The notes: generated by a model from the sequence alone, not told the origin. A stretch of DNA of 64,000 nt from Candidatus Latescibacterota bacterium (GCA_965207885.1 OZ242311.1:4960001-5024000); one strand, 5' to 3'. Positions 17,668-29,084 are shown, counted from the first letter of the stretch. A program made the numbers and translations.

Positions 17668-19445
17668 TACAATATTTCCAATTCCCGAGCCAGATGCTGG
17701 CGTCGAAACATATCCGCATAAATCCCATCGTACTCAACCAATTCATCGTGTGACCCCTGCTCTACAATGCGCCCCTCATCCAGCACAATAATATGATCGG
17801 CATCTTTCACAGTCGAAATGCGATGGGCAATCAAAATCGTCGTGCGCGAAGCCATAATATCGCGCAAATGTTTGAGAATCTCTTCTTCAGTCCGCGTATC
17901 CACACTGGCCAATGCATCGTCCATAATCAGAATCTGCGGCTCTCGAATCACCGCACGCGCAATAGCTGTGCGCTGTTTTTGTCCCCCCGAAAGCGTGACT
18001 CCGCGCTCTCCCACAATCGTCTCTAACTCATCGGGAAAAAGGTGCAAATCCGGAGCCAATTGCGAAATCTCGGTCGCGCGCGCAACATCGCCCTCTGCCC
18101 GCGTGCCCAAAGCCACATTTTCCCGAATCGTATCCGAAAACAAAAATGCGTCCTGCGGCACATACCCGGTCGCGTCTCGAATGGTCTGAAGCGGTATATC
18201 TTCCACCGGCTTGCCATCGACCAAAACCCGTCCATCATCTGCCTGGATCAACCGGGGGATCAACCGCGCCAGCGTGGATTTTCCCGAACCCACGCGCCCC
18301 ACCACGGCAAGCGTACTCCCCGCTGGAATCCGAAGATTGATATCTTTGAGCACGCGTTGACCATTGTAAGAAAAACTCGCATTGCGAAACTCAATCTCCC
18401 CCGTGATGCCATCTGTTGTACCACCCTCCACATCGGGTTGCGGCGATACTTTCAAAACCTCTTCAATACGCCTCAGCGAAGCCACAGCGCGTTGATACTC
18501 ATCGACAATGCGCCCCAACATCGACATCGGACGACTCATACGCAGCAAATACGCATTGAACGCCACAAATGCCCCCAGGCTCAAACTCCCCTCAATCACC
18601 CGCAGACCGCCCAGCCACAAAATCACAATCATAGAAACACCGCTCAACAAAAACGTGAACGGATAATACAGACTGCGGATCTTAATCAAATGGCGGTTGC
18701 GCGTGACGTATTCCTCATTGAGAATCCCGAAATCCACAATCTCAAGCGGGCGCATGGCAAAGGCTTTGACCATTCGCATACCCGTCAAATTTTCCTGAAT
18801 TTTTGAACTAACGGCGGCAAATTGTTCCTGAACCCGTCGGTAGCCCACGCGCACCTTTTGCCCGACCCACCGCGCACAAAAAGCCATCACGGGCATAGGA
18901 GCCAGCGCCAAAAGAGCCAACTGCCAGTCAATGATGCACATCAAAATGAGACTGAGCACAAAACTCAAAACCGCCTGTAGCGACAGGCGATACGCAAAAT
19001 AGAAAAACCGCTGAATCGCTTCCACATCATTGGTCGCCCGCGCCATTAAATCGCCCACGCGCTGCGCATGAAAAAAACTCAGCGGTAGCCGCACAATATG
19101 CCGCACATAAATCGTGCGAATATCGCGCTCTATAAAACGGGAAGCACTGGCAATAAACCAGCGCATCCCAAAGGACATGCCCCATTGCGCGATACCGAGC
19201 ACGACCATGAGTGCCCCGTACATCTGTAAATCGCCCATCGGGCTGCCCGTGATTGTATCGACCACATCGCCCGTAAGATCCCCGGCATCCAGCCCCGCTT
19301 TAGCCGTATCAATCGCCCATTTCATCAACAACGGAACGAGCGCCTGAACCGCCTGGGTACCCAGCAACAGCACCAATCCCCAGAAAATCTTCCATCGATG
19401 GGGATAGACATACTCCGCAAAGGGTTTAAAAAAGTTAAGCGTCAT
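17667..19445 (-). CDS. ABC exporter, fused permease/ATPase (heterodimer subunit)
   Basis: GRVGSGKS, LSGGQKQR, IMDDAL. Confidence 0.92.
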   Translation of the reverse strand: MTLNFFKPFAEYVYPHRWKIFWGLVLLLGTQAVQALVPLLMKWAIDTAKAGLDAGDLTGDVVDTITGSPMGDLQMYGALMVVLGIAQWGMSFGMRWFIASASRFIERDIRTIYVRHIVRLPLSFFHAQRVGDLMARATNDVEAIQRFFYFAYRLSLQAVLSFVLSLILMCIIDWQLALLALAPMPVMAFCARWVGQKVRVGYRRVQEQFAAVSSKIQENLTGMRMVKAFAMRPLEIVDFGILNEEYVTRNRHLIKIRSLYYPFTFLLSGVSMIVILWLGGLRVIEGSLSLGAFVAFNAYLLRMSRPMSMLGRIVDEYQRAVASLRRIEEVLKVSPQPDVEGGTTDGITGEIEFRNASFSYNGQRVLKDINLRIPAGSTLAVVGRVGSGKSTLARLIPRLIQADDGRVLVDGKPVEDIPLQTIRDATGYVPQDAFLFSDTIRENVALGTRAEGDVARATEISQLAPDLHLFPDELETIVGERGVTLSGGQKQRTAIARAVIREPQILIMDDALASVDTRTEEEILKHLRDIMASRTTILIAHRISTVKDADHIIVLDEGRIVEQGSHDELVEYDGIYADMFRRQHLARELEIL

Positions 19446-19453
19446 AAAAACCT

Positions 19454-22400
19454 CTACACCATCCCTCTCACCTGCTCCAATTTATCGTACAACCGCTTTG
19501 GCGACACCTTTTGCGCCGTACCGAGTTCCTGTGCAAAAACCGACACCCGAAACTCCTCGACCATCCACCGCAACGCCTGTACTGCATCGCGCTTCGCACC
19601 CGTCAACTCCGAATCCATCAATTCATCCACCGCGTCTTGAAAGGGTTGAACCTGCTCGGCCTTTTGTCGGTCCTTCATCGGATCGAGCATCGCGCGTTCG
19701 GCCCGTATCACAATCGCCTTCAAAAACCGACCCAAATGCAACACCTGATCATAAGGCGTTTGTCGCAAAAAATCCGGCGGCATCAAACGCGCGAGATCGG
19801 CCTCCACCCCGGGATATCCACCGCGCAACAGGCGAATTTCCCGGTGCGTTTCAAACAGCGATTCCATCGCCTGAATCAACTGCGGCGCCAGATGTTGCAA
19901 ATACAAACGCGCCTGTTGAACGCGCAAATCAAAGCGCTGGCGCGTTATGGGAAACGCCGAATCCCGCGTGAACAGATGCGCCATTAAATTTGCGTACGCG
20001 CCCTCGCGCAAAGCCTCGCGTCCCCCCTCAAACTGCTTCAAATCGCCCAAAGACCGCTTCAACGCCCGCATTTCATTCCGCATTTCGCGCTCGCACAACC
20101 GCATCCAACCCGCCTGGGTCTCGCGTTCTGCCTCCTCCGCACGCTTAAACAAACACACATCCACGCGATCTCCCTCGCGCTTCAACCCCACATAGCCAAA
20201 CACCGGCATCCCACCGGCTTGCATCACCTCTATGCGCTCGGGCAATTCACCCAGCGTCTGCCCCGTCACATCTCGGCGCGCCACCTGCTTTTGCGCCCGC
20301 ATCCACGCATCGGATTGCACATCTTCTTCGCGCGCATCTAACTGCTCGCGCAAAACGCGCAAATCCCGCGCAGCCACAATCGCCTGCTCTTTCTCGTCTT
20401 GAACTTCCACGCGCATCTGCAAATGTTCCGGCAAATCGCGCACATTCCAATCGCTTTGAGAAATCTCAATACCGTAATGGCTCAAAATATGGGCAGACAG
20501 CGAATCCAAAAACGCGCCGTGCGTCGGCTGTAACGCCGCAGCAATCTCTCGCGCCTTATCCGGCACGGGGACAAACCGCTTGCGAATACTTTTTGGAAGC
20601 CCGCGCAACAAATGCGTAATCTTCTCTTCCAACAACCCCGGCACCAGCCAGTCCAGCACCTCGGGCTGTACAAAATGCACCATCTTGTACGGCAGTTGTA
20701 ACGTCACGCCATCCCGATCCTGTCCGGGCCGATACGCATAAGAAAGCGGCACCTCTTCGCCATCCACCTCCAAAAAATTGGGAAACGCATCCCGATCAAA
20801 ATCCACCTGCTCGCCCGCCAGATGCTTTTCGGACATCAGCAAAAAATCCGCGCCCTTCCTCTTAATCAGACGATTCAAATCGTGCGTAGAAGACACATTC
20901 TCCAATCGCTCGGCATAAAACCGATACGCAGCCTCGTCCAGATCCAGAAATTGCATCAACCGCTGTTGCATCTGCCAGGTTTCCACGCGCGCGCGCAAAT
21001 CTCGATTCTGAGCTACAAACTCATAAGGCAATGCCACCTCATCATTCACCAGAGCCTCGCGGATAAAAATCTCCGTCGCAGCACTGGCATCTATGCGTCC
21101 ATACCCAACGCGCTTTTGCCCCACCTGCAAACCGTGCAGCGTCAATGTCTCGGTCGCCAGCACCCGACCCGACCGCATACTGTAAAACGGCTCCTTATAC
21201 GATGCCCGGCACAAATGTCCGCCCAACGCCACCAGCCACGACGGCTGTATGCGAGCCACAGTGCGCGCAAACAAACGCGACGTCTCCACCACCTCTGCAG
21301 CCACGACCCAACCGGGCGTACTCTTTTTATCATCCTCCCCTCCCTCTCTCCTTTGAAACAGACCAGACCCGGGAAACAACATCACATCGCGCCCGCGCGC
21401 TGCGCGATACATATTGTCTTCCTTCTTTTGCGCCACATTGCCCAACAACCCACTCACCACCGACCGGTGAATCGCATCGTATCCCGCATCGTCCCGATTC
21501 ATCCGAAAAGCACCCATCTCGCGCAGAGTGTGCCGAATCTGCATGTAAATATCGCGCCATTCGCGCATGCGATTAAAAGACAAAAAATGCTGCTTGCAAA
21601 ATCTTCGCATCTGGCTCTGCGTTCTCAATTTCTCAAACGTATCGTGATACGCCTTCCAGATATTCAGCAACGCGATAAAATCCGACTCTCCATCTACAAA
21701 CCGCTTGTGCTCCTGGTCTGCGGCCTTCTCTTGCTCGAGCGGCCGCACGCGCGGGTCCTGAATGCTGATTGCCGACGCAATAACCAGCACCTCGCGCAAA
21801 GCACGTTCTTTTTGCGCTTGCAAAATCATCCGCGATACCGTCGGCGCAAGCGGCAAACGCGCCATATCGCGTCCCAGCGGCGTCAAACGCTTGCGATCAT
21901 CAATCGCGTCCAGCGCCCTCAACACATTAAATCCCCCCTGAATCGCCTGAGAACGGGGGGGATCAATAAATGGAAACGTCTCGACATCGCCCAGCCGCAG
22001 CGCAATCATCCTCAAAATGACCTCAGCCAAATCCGACCGCTGAATCTCGGGCTGCGTGTACTCTGGCCGCGCGAGAAAACTCTTCTCATCGTACAGGCGA
22101 ATACACACCCCATTTTGCACGCGCCCACACCGCCCTGCCCGCTGCCTGGCACTGCTTTGTGAAATCTCCTCCACCGGCAGCCGATGCGTCTGATTGCGCG
22201 GATTGTGCCGACTGACTCGCGCCAGACCCGTATCGATCACATACCGAATACCTGGAATCGTAATCGACGTCTCCGCAATATTCGTCGCCACCACAATGCG
22301 CCGATACCTCTGCTTGTGAAACACCTTCTGCTGATCGCCCGCTGTCAACCGCCCAAACAGCGGCAAAATTTCTGTAAAGCGGAAATGTCGCCCCTCCAAA

Positions 22401-23359
22401 CGCCTGCGCGTCTCGTGGATATCTTTCTCCGTAGGCATAAAGACCAGAATATCGCCTCGTCCCGCATCAACCACCATATCCACCGCGGTCACCGCCGCAT
22501 CGATATACGTCAGGACATCACTTTCCCCGGCGAGATCTTCTATAGGCAAATATTGCACATCCACCGGATACATCCGCCCGGACACCTCAATAATCGGCGC
22601 ATTGTCAAACGCCTTTGAAAACGTCTCCGTATCAATCGTCGCCGATGTAATCACGATCCGCAACTCGGGGCGGCGCTTTTGCAACAGGCGCAAATACCCC
22701 AGTAAAAAATCGATATTCAAACTGCGCTCGTGCGCCTCATCAATAATAACCGTATCGTACTCATACAAATACGGATCGCCCTGAATCTCCGCGAGCAACA
22801 TCCCATCCGTCACCATCTTGATCCGCGTCTCCGGCGCCGTCTCATCCTTAAACCGAATTTTGCACCCCACCTCGGCACCCCACGCGACATTTAACTCCTC
22901 TGCAATGCGCCGCGATACCGACAGCGCCGCCACGCGCCGGGGTTGAGTACACGCAATTTTCGCCGCTACACCGCGGCCGGCCTCCAAACACATCTTGGGC
23001 AACTGCGTCGTCTTCCCCGATCCCGTCTCACCCGCCACAATCACCACCGGATGTTCTCGAATCGCCCTGACAATCTCATCCTTCCGCGCTGTAATCGGCA
23101 ACGCCTCTGGATACGTCAGGTGTAGCGGATTCTCCTCCCGGTCTTTCCGCAACGCCGCCGACCGCTCCGCCTGCACCTTCAGATTCTTCAACCGTCCCGT
23201 ATCGCGTCGCTTTTGCCGTTGTATTTGCCGCAACTGCCGCGCAATCTCCATGCCGTCTTTGAGCATACACGCGGGCAGCAGCGACCACACTGCCGACATC
23301 AGACTCGGCCGCTTTCTGCGCGATCTGCGTTTTTTTATTTGTTGGTTTTTACTCGCCAT
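19454..23359 (-). CDS. hrpA: ATP-dependent RNA helicase HrpA
   Basis: GETGSGKT, DEAH, SAT, QRAGRCGR and the C-terminal EEFRVSVFAQELGT. Confidence 0.95.
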   Translation of the reverse strand: MASKNQQIKKRRSRRKRPSLMSAVWSLLPACMLKDGMEIARQLRQIQRQKRRDTGRLKNLKVQAERSAALRKDREENPLHLTYPEALPITARKDEIVRAIREHPVVIVAGETGSGKTTQLPKMCLEAGRGVAAKIACTQPRRVAALSVSRRIAEELNVAWGAEVGCKIRFKDETAPETRIKMVTDGMLLAEIQGDPYLYEYDTVIIDEAHERSLNIDFLLGYLRLLQKRRPELRIVITSATIDTETFSKAFDNAPIIEVSGRMYPVDVQYLPIEDLAGESDVLTYIDAAVTAVDMVVDAGRGDILVFMPTEKDIHETRRRLEGRHFRFTEILPLFGRLTAGDQQKVFHKQRYRRIVVATNIAETSITIPGIRYVIDTGLARVSRHNPRNQTHRLPVEEISQSSARQRAGRCGRVQNGVCIRLYDEKSFLARPEYTQPEIQRSDLAEVILRMIALRLGDVETFPFIDPPRSQAIQGGFNVLRALDAIDDRKRLTPLGRDMARLPLAPTVSRMILQAQKERALREVLVIASAISIQDPRVRPLEQEKAADQEHKRFVDGESDFIALLNIWKAYHDTFEKLRTQSQMRRFCKQHFLSFNRMREWRDIYMQIRHTLREMGAFRMNRDDAGYDAIHRSVVSGLLGNVAQKKEDNMYRAARGRDVMLFPGSGLFQRREGGEDDKKSTPGWVVAAEVVETSRLFARTVARIQPSWLVALGGHLCRASYKEPFYSMRSGRVLATETLTLHGLQVGQKRVGYGRIDASAATEIFIREALVNDEVALPYEFVAQNRDLRARVETWQMQQRLMQFLDLDEAAYRFYAERLENVSSTHDLNRLIKRKGADFLLMSEKHLAGEQVDFDRDAFPNFLEVDGEEVPLSYAYRPGQDRDGVTLQLPYKMVHFVQPEVLDWLVPGLLEEKITHLLRGLPKSIRKRFVPVPDKAREIAAALQPTHGAFLDSLSAHILSHYGIEISQSDWNVRDLPEHLQMRVEVQDEKEQAIVAARDLRVLREQLDAREEDVQSDAWMRAQKQVARRDVTGQTLGELPERIEVMQAGGMPVFGYVGLKREGDRVDVCLFKRAEEAERETQAGWMRLCEREMRNEMRALKRSLGDLKQFEGGREALREGAYANLMAHLFTRDSAFPITRQRFDLRVQQARLYLQHLAPQLIQAMESLFETHREIRLLRGGYPGVEADLARLMPPDFLRQTPYDQVLHLGRFLKAIVIRAERAMLDPMKDRQKAEQVQPFQDAVDELMDSELTGAKRDAVQALRWMVEEFRVSVFAQELGTAQKVSPKRLYDKLEQVRGMV

Positions 23360-23391
23360 CCTATCCTTCGGTATATCAACGCTGAATCCGC

Positions 23392-24129
23392 TTATAATCC
23401 ATCCCAATACGCCCACATATCATCCGGGGTCTCAAAACGCATCTCGTTATTATCTCTCCGCCGAAATCGACTCACAAATGCCATGCGAATATCCCGCCCA
23501 CAATTTACCCCCGGGCTGTGCAACATCAAATGATGCCAGAACGTCACCGTACCCGGCGGCCCCGTAACATCAACAGGCGTGGGAAGATCGTAATACTCCC
23601 CCTGCGCATTGCGAAATGCATCTAACCCATTCACCAGACTGTGCGTCTTAAAATACTCATAAGCCCGCTTGTGCGCACCCGGCCAGATCGAAAACCCACC
23701 CGAGCGCGGCTTGACGTGATTGATATTCACCGTCACCGCAATCGCAAAAGTATCCACCACGCCTTCACACGTATAGCCATCCAGATGCATCTGCCTGGCC
23801 GGCGTCCAATTGTCGTGTCCCTCGGGATAAATCATCTTGGCGAACGTGTAATTCGACACTGCCAGGGTCCCTTTACCCACCATCTCTTCGCACATATCCT
23901 GAATCGGGGTCTCCGTCAACGTCGCTCGCACATCGGGATGGTTGCTGCATTTCAAATTTCCCTTCGGTCCTGCATTGATCCACGTCTCGGGATCATCGCG
24001 ATCTGCCTCGATCTCCTCCCACAACACATCCACCGCCTTATCGATCAAGTGCATCGGCACGACATCGCTTTTGACAACATACCCTTGCTCTTTGAAATGC
24101 AATTTTTCTTCATCGGTAAAATAAGCCAT
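23392..24129 (-). CDS. Phytanoyl-CoA dioxygenase family protein
   Basis: FKEQGY, HLD (HxD), WPGAH, distal His in LMLHS. Confidence 0.85.
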   Translation of the reverse strand: MAYFTDEEKLHFKEQGYVVKSDVVPMHLIDKAVDVLWEEIEADRDDPETWINAGPKGNLKCSNHPDVRATLTETPIQDMCEEMVGKGTLAVSNYTFAKMIYPEGHDNWTPARQMHLDGYTCEGVVDTFAIAVTVNINHVKPRSGGFSIWPGAHKRAYEYFKTHSLVNGLDAFRNAQGEYYDLPTPVDVTGPPGTVTFWHHLMLHSPGVNCGRDIRMAFVSRFRRRDNNEMRFETPDDMWAYWDGL

Positions 24130-24297
24130 AACCTTCTCTCCCAGGTGAAGATTGGTAAAAATAGGACAGACAAAATATCGGTCTTTTTGTTAAAAAATCA
24201 AACGCGAAACGAACTGTCGTTTATCCCTCCCATTGCTCAACCTCAAAAGGATTTCCTCATGACATCGCGTTTTACTCCTTCGATAAAGAGAACTTTT

Positions 24298-24348
24298 TGT
24301 CTCATAACGAGCGACAGATTGAAATATTCTGTCGCATAACAGGCGACA
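24298..24348. promoter_or_regulatory. Tandem palindromic activator sites (bEBP UAS-like)
   Basis: TGTCTCATAACGAGCGACA (24298-24316) and TGTCGCATAACAGGCGACA (24330-24348), 32 bp apart. Confidence 0.55.
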
Positions 24349-24422
24349 GGGACCCGCCTGTACTGATCGAAAATAAACAGACTTGGCGTGTAATATCAAC
24401 ATGTTAAAAAAAGATAGGTATC

Positions 24423-24438
24423 TGGCATGTCATTTGCA
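24423..24438 (+). promoter_or_regulatory. sigma54 (-24/-12) promoter
   Basis: TGGCAT-GTCAT-TTGCA fits TGGCAY-N5-TTGCW. Confidence 0.6.
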
Positions 24439-24489
24439 GATAGACTGCGAAAAACACGCACCCCTAACCCATTCCATACGTGGTCTCAC

Positions 24490-25329
24490 ATGCCAGATCA
24501 ACTATTTCTCAGTCCGCTATTCCGCATTCTGCGAACAAAGTATTGCCAGATTGTACTTTTCACACTCCTCCCTTCATCTGCTCACACAGCCTTTGAATTT
24601 CAACCCATTGGTGCCCATACCTCAGGTGCTGGCGATGCGGGCGTGGCACTCGAAACCGGTGCTGCAGGCGCATTTTGGAATCCCGCGGCATTGGCCTGGG
24701 GCAAGCGAATAAGCTTGTTTGGCACGTATGATCGGCCCTTTGGAATAGCCGAACTGGCAACCCATGCGTTCAGTGCTGGCCTGCGGATTGGCCGCCACGG
24801 CCTGGGCGCGAGATATACGGGATTTGGGTTCGCGCTATACAAAGAGCAGGTATTTGGTCTCATTTATGGACTGCGCATATATCCAAAACTGAGCCTGGGA
24901 CTCGGCATACGCGCCTTGCAACTGAGCACAGCGGGAATGCCCACACAACACTGGGTGGTATTCGATGCGGGAATAAAATTGCAGATGCGCGAAAACATCT
25001 TTCTGGGCGCAACAATCTGGAATGCAGGTAGCAGGCACACATCGCTTTTGGGACAGGGTGGCACCGTGGGAATGGGCATTGTCGCCATGCCGCAGGTCGC
25101 GCTGGTGGCAGATATACAGAAAGAAGCGAATTTTCCCACAGGTGCGGGCATTGGGATAATGTATCATATCCACCCCCAACTGGTGCTACGCACAGGTGCA
25201 GGCAGCCGCCCGGAAAGATTGAGCGCGGGGTTTGGCCTGCGAAAAAATGGCTTTGCGATTGACTATGCCGCAGTATGGCATACAGTACTGGGAATCACGC
25301 ACCGCGCTTCGGTAATCTTTGAGTATTAA
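24490..25329 (+). CDS. Putative outer-membrane beta-barrel protein (PorV/PorQ-like)
   Basis: Signal peptide, FWNPAAL motif, alternating beta-strands, C-terminal aromatic residue; start uncertain. Confidence 0.6.
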   Translation: MPDQLFLSPLFRILRTKYCQIVLFTLLPSSAHTAFEFQPIGAHTSGAGDAGVALETGAAGAFWNPAALAWGKRISLFGTYDRPFGIAELATHAFSAGLRIGRHGLGARYTGFGFALYKEQVFGLIYGLRIYPKLSLGLGIRALQLSTAGMPTQHWVVFDAGIKLQMRENIFLGATIWNAGSRHTSLLGQGGTVGMGIVAMPQVALVADIQKEANFPTGAGIGIMYHIHPQLVLRTGAGSRPERLSAGFGLRKNGFAIDYAAVWHTVLGITHRASVIFEY

Positions 25330-25387
25330 CCCCTATTCTAAGGTATCCGCGCTTGACAGGATTTGGGCCTTCGGCTATTTTGGGATC

Positions 25388-26128
25388 ATGAATTTGGCCT
25401 CGAAAATTCTGCGCGAAATCGCTCTTTTGAGTGCGTGTGCCATATTTACGGCAATAATCGGATTGATTGTAATAGATCAAATTGCAATGCCGATCTATGT
25501 GCGGCAAGGCGTAGAAGTCGCCGTTCCCGACCTCATCGGGCTTACCCCTTCACAGGCGCAGGCGCAATTGCAAGACAAGGGCCTGCGCATGAAAGAGCGA
25601 GAACCGCGCTGGGATGCTTCTGTGCCTGCAGGACAAATTGTATGGCAAAATCCGTCTGCCCTCTCGCACGTAAAACCCAATCGCACGGTCTATGTTGCGC
25701 CGAGTTTGGGACAGCGTCTCCACGTCGTACCCGATCTTCGCAACCGCCCTCTGCGACAGGCTCAATTGTGGATTACACAGGCGGATTTGACCGTCGGTAA
25801 AATCACCGAAATATCATCTTCAGAAATAAAAGAAGGCAATATTATCGACCACAAACCCAAAGCTGGCGAAAAAGTCGCCCAGGGGACGCAGGTCGAACTG
25901 ATTGTAAGCACGGGTCCGCCTCGCGCATTTGTCAATATGCCCCGGGTTACCGAGCTAAAATTAGACGAAGCCCGGCGTCTGTTATTATCGCTCGGTCTGC
26001 AACCCAATAATATCCGATACGAATTTAGCACTGCTTATGAACCCGACATCGTAATCCGCCAGGAGCCAGAATCGGGCACGCCAATAAAACGCGGGTCTCC
26101 TGTGCTATTGATTGTGAGTAAGCTGTGA
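25388..26128 (+). CDS. PASTA-domain protein
   Basis: One TM helix and three PASTA repeats (VPDLIG, VPDLRN, MPRVTE). Confidence 0.9.
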   Translation: MNLASKILREIALLSACAIFTAIIGLIVIDQIAMPIYVRQGVEVAVPDLIGLTPSQAQAQLQDKGLRMKEREPRWDASVPAGQIVWQNPSALSHVKPNRTVYVAPSLGQRLHVVPDLRNRPLRQAQLWITQADLTVGKITEISSSEIKEGNIIDHKPKAGEKVAQGTQVELIVSTGPPRAFVNMPRVTELKLDEARRLLLSLGLQPNNIRYEFSTAYEPDIVIRQEPESGTPIKRGSPVLLIVSKL

Positions 26129-26149
26129 GAAATTTTATTTGAGGTTAAA

Positions 26150-26806
26150 ATGGTAAAAATCGCCCCATCATTTCTCTCTGCCGATTTCCGCACGCTCGAA
26201 AATCAGGTGCGCCTGGTCGAAGAGGCCGGTGCCGAATATATCCATCTGGATATTATGGACGGGCATTTTGTGCCCAATATCACCTTTGGAGCGCTGGTCG
26301 TCGAAGCCATTCGCAAAACAACAGACCTGGTGCTGGACGTGCATCTCATGATATCTGAACCCGGTAAATATTTGCAAGATTTTGCCGACGCAGGCACAGA
26401 TATTTTGACCGTTCATGTCGAAATCGAAGAAGATGTACCCCCACTGTTGGATCGCATCCGAAAAGCCAATATGAAAGCCGGTGCTACCCTGCGCCCGGGC
26501 ACGGAAATCGAGGCGTTATTTCCTCTGTTACCCAGCCTGGACCTCGCACTCATTATGTCGGTCGAACCTGGCTTTGGTGGCCAGTCATTTATGCCGGCGT
26601 CTCTCGATCGGGTGCGGGCATTAAAAGCCGAAATCGTGCGGCAGGAATTGGACGTCGAAATAGAAATTGACGGTGGCATTGGCGTAGAAAACGCACATCA
26701 GGTGGTCGAAGCGGGCGTACAAGTGCTCGTAGCGGGTTCGGCGGTATTTCGCGACGGGGCCATTGCAAAAAACGTACAGGCCATTCGCCAGGCGGCAATG
26801 GGATAG
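26150..26806 (+). CDS. rpe: Ribulose-phosphate 3-epimerase
   Basis: HLDIMDGHFVPN, MSVEPGFGGQ, IDGG. Confidence 0.97.
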   Translation: MVKIAPSFLSADFRTLENQVRLVEEAGAEYIHLDIMDGHFVPNITFGALVVEAIRKTTDLVLDVHLMISEPGKYLQDFADAGTDILTVHVEIEEDVPPLLDRIRKANMKAGATLRPGTEIEALFPLLPSLDLALIMSVEPGFGGQSFMPASLDRVRALKAEIVRQELDVEIEIDGGIGVENAHQVVEAGVQVLVAGSAVFRDGAIAKNVQAIRQAAMG

Positions 26807-26891
26807 GGATTTTCGTCCGCTTATTTCTTGCATAAAATCGGCGAATCTTCTATATTTCTCCGTCTTGCCCCGCCATTTTTAAGGGTTTTTC

Positions 26892-28217
26892 ATGTTTGAA
26901 ATGTTGACAGAGCGCCTCAATGGCGTATTTAAGCAACTTCGCAGCCGCGGTCGATTGAGCGAGGCGAACATCGACGACGCCATGCGAGAGGTGCGCCGGG
27001 CATTGCTCGAGGCAGATGTCAACTACAAAGTTGCCCGCTCTTTTATTGCGCGGATCAAAGAACGCGCAATAGGTCAGGAAGTGCTCAAAAGCATCACGCC
27101 CGGGCAACAAGTTGTAAAAGTTGTCCACGACGAATTGATCGCGTTGATGGGCAATCAAAATGCCGCATTGCAATTTGCGGAATCGCCACCCTCAGCAATA
27201 ATGATGGTTGGGCTCCAGGGATCGGGCAAAACGACAGCCTCAGCAAAATTGGCCCGACTATTGGCATCGGAAAACAAAAAACCCTTGCTCGTGGCGGCTG
27301 ATATTTATCGTCCCGCAGCAATTGATCAACTTTGCGTACTCGCCGAGCAAGTGGGCGTGCCCGTACACCGGGCGCCAGAAGGCACCGATCCGGTCGATAT
27401 TTGCACGCAAGCGATGGATCGGGCGAAAAATGAAAATCGCGATGTCGTGATACTCGATACAGCGGGTCGGCTACACGTGGATGACGAGCGCATGGATGAG
27501 GTATTTCGCATCCGCGAAGCCGTATCGCCCTCAGAAATTCTGTTTGTGTGCGACGCCATGACCGGGCAAGATGCCGTATCGTCAGCCTCGGCCTTTTACG
27601 AAAAACTCAATTTTTCGGGTGTAGTACTCACGCGCATGGACAGCGACACCCGCGGCGGCGCAGCTTTATCCATCCGCGAGGTTGCCGGCGTCCCGATTAA
27701 ATACATCGGCGTCAGCGAAAAAGTCGATGGCCTGGAAGTATTTCATCCCGACCGCATGGCCTCTCGCATTTTGGGCATGGGCGATGTGGTTACACTGGTG
27801 GAAAAAGCACAGGCGTCCATTGACGATGAACAGGCGAAAAAAGTCGAGCAAAAGCTTCGCTCGGCATCGTTCACATTTGACGATTTCCTCGAGCAAATGG
27901 CGCAAATCAGGCAGATGGGCCCCTTAGATCAACTGATGAAAATGATTCCCGGAGTAAGCAAGTCCATGCCGGACTTGCAGGTGGATGAAAAGGCCTTCAC
28001 GCATATTGAGGCAATCATCTATTCAATGACCCCAGCAGAACGCGACAAACCGCATATTATTAATGGCAGCAGGCGCAAACGCATTGCAAATGGCAGCGGG
28101 CGCAGTATTCAAGATGTCAACAAATTGCTCAAGCAATTCAACATGATGCAAAAAATGATGAAACGCATGTCCCGTATGGAAAAACAGGGCAAAATGGCAA
28201 TTCCGATGTTCGGATAA
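26892..28217 (+). CDS. ffh: Signal recognition particle protein
   Basis: [14 protein letters not shown], Met-rich M domain. Confidence 0.97.
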   Translation: MFEMLTERLNGVFKQLRSRGRLSEANIDDAMREVRRALLEADVNYKVARSFIARIKERAIGQEVLKSITPGQQVVKVVHDELIALMGNQNAALQFAESPPSAIMMVGLQGSGKTTASAKLARLLASENKKPLLVAADIYRPAAIDQLCVLAEQVGVPVHRAPEGTDPVDICTQAMDRAKNENRDVVILDTAGRLHVDDERMDEVFRIREAVSPSEILFVCDAMTGQDAVSSASAFYEKLNFSGVVLTRMDSDTRGGAALSIREVAGVPIKYIGVSEKVDGLEVFHPDRMASRILGMGDVVTLVEKAQASIDDEQAKKVEQKLRSASFTFDDFLEQMAQIRQMGPLDQLMKMIPGVSKSMPDLQVDEKAFTHIEAIIYSMTPAERDKPHIINGSRRKRIANGSGRSIQDVNKLLKQFNMMQKMMKRMSRMEKQGKMAIPMFG

Positions 28218-28233
28218 CACAAAGGAGTTTGAT

Positions 28234-28536
28234 TTGGTTCGACTTCGCTTACGTCGTATGGGCGCAAAAAAAGCGCCGTTCTTCCGCGTGGTAGCGGCCG
28301 AGGCCTCCTCACCTCGCGACGGACGGTTCATCGAGGTTTTGGGGCATTATAATCCGACAAAAGATCCCCAGATTATCGAATTAAAAGAAGACCGCATAAG
28401 GTATTGGTTGGGCGTGGGCGCACAGCCCTCCGATACAGTGCGCAGTTTATTTCGCCAAAAGGGTCTGCTCAAACAAGATCAGAATGAAGACGCGCAACCT
28501 GAGGATGCTGAGTCAGACGCCCCATCTGAGGAATGA
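28234..28536 (+). CDS. rpsP: 30S ribosomal protein S16
   Basis: [24 protein letters not shown]. Confidence 0.97.
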   Translation: MVRLRLRRMGAKKAPFFRVVAAEASSPRDGRFIEVLGHYNPTKDPQIIELKEDRIRYWLGVGAQPSDTVRSLFRQKGLLKQDQNEDAQPEDAESDAPSEE

Positions 28537-28539
28537 GTC

Positions 28540-29073
28540 TTGGAGCCGGATACTGGATTAAACCACTCCAGCACAGGCTTTGTCACGGTTGGCAAAATCA
28601 TGAAACCCCGGGGCATTCGGGGTGAAGCTTTTTTGCTACCGCTGACCGATTTTCCACAACGATTTGACGACTTGGACTCTGTGCGCGTTGAAGCGCCCGA
28701 TGGCACATATTCTGCATTAAACGTGGCTTATGTACGCGCTTATGGTTCGCGCCTGGCAATCAAATTTCAAGACATTGACACCCCTGAACATGTGGGACGA
28801 TTGCGCGAACACTTTATTTTGGTACCCCGCGATGCCGTGCATCCCTTACCCGACGATTCGTTTTACGTTTTTGAACTCGAGGGACTGCCAGTTGAAACAG
28901 CATCGGGCACCATGGTGGGACATGTCGTAGAAGTCCTGTCGTATCCGGCCAACGATGTGTATGTGGTGGATCGCAACGGCGAAGACGTATTGATCCCGGC
29001 CGTGCGCGAGATTGTCCACGTGGATCAAAAAGCCGGAAAAATTATCGTGCAGGAAATCGAAGGGCTTTTGTAG
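28540..29073 (+). CDS. rimM: Ribosome maturation factor RimM
   Basis: VGKIMKPRGIRGE, ANDVYV, LIP; synteny. Confidence 0.93.
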   Translation: MEPDTGLNHSSTGFVTVGKIMKPRGIRGEAFLLPLTDFPQRFDDLDSVRVEAPDGTYSALNVAYVRAYGSRLAIKFQDIDTPEHVGRLREHFILVPRDAVHPLPDDSFYVFELEGLPVETASGTMVGHVVEVLSYPANDVYVVDRNGEDVLIPAVREIVHVDQKAGKIIVQEIEGLL

Positions 29074-29084
29074 GACGACCATCT

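Noticed and set aside
13030-23567. Long + strand ORFs (e.g. 13030-14280, 20822-22162)
   Set aside because: Antisense shadows of real minus-strand genes, favoured by the strong strand compositional bias
26807-26891. SRP RNA next to ffh
   Set aside because: Too short and lacks the conserved domain IV hairpin
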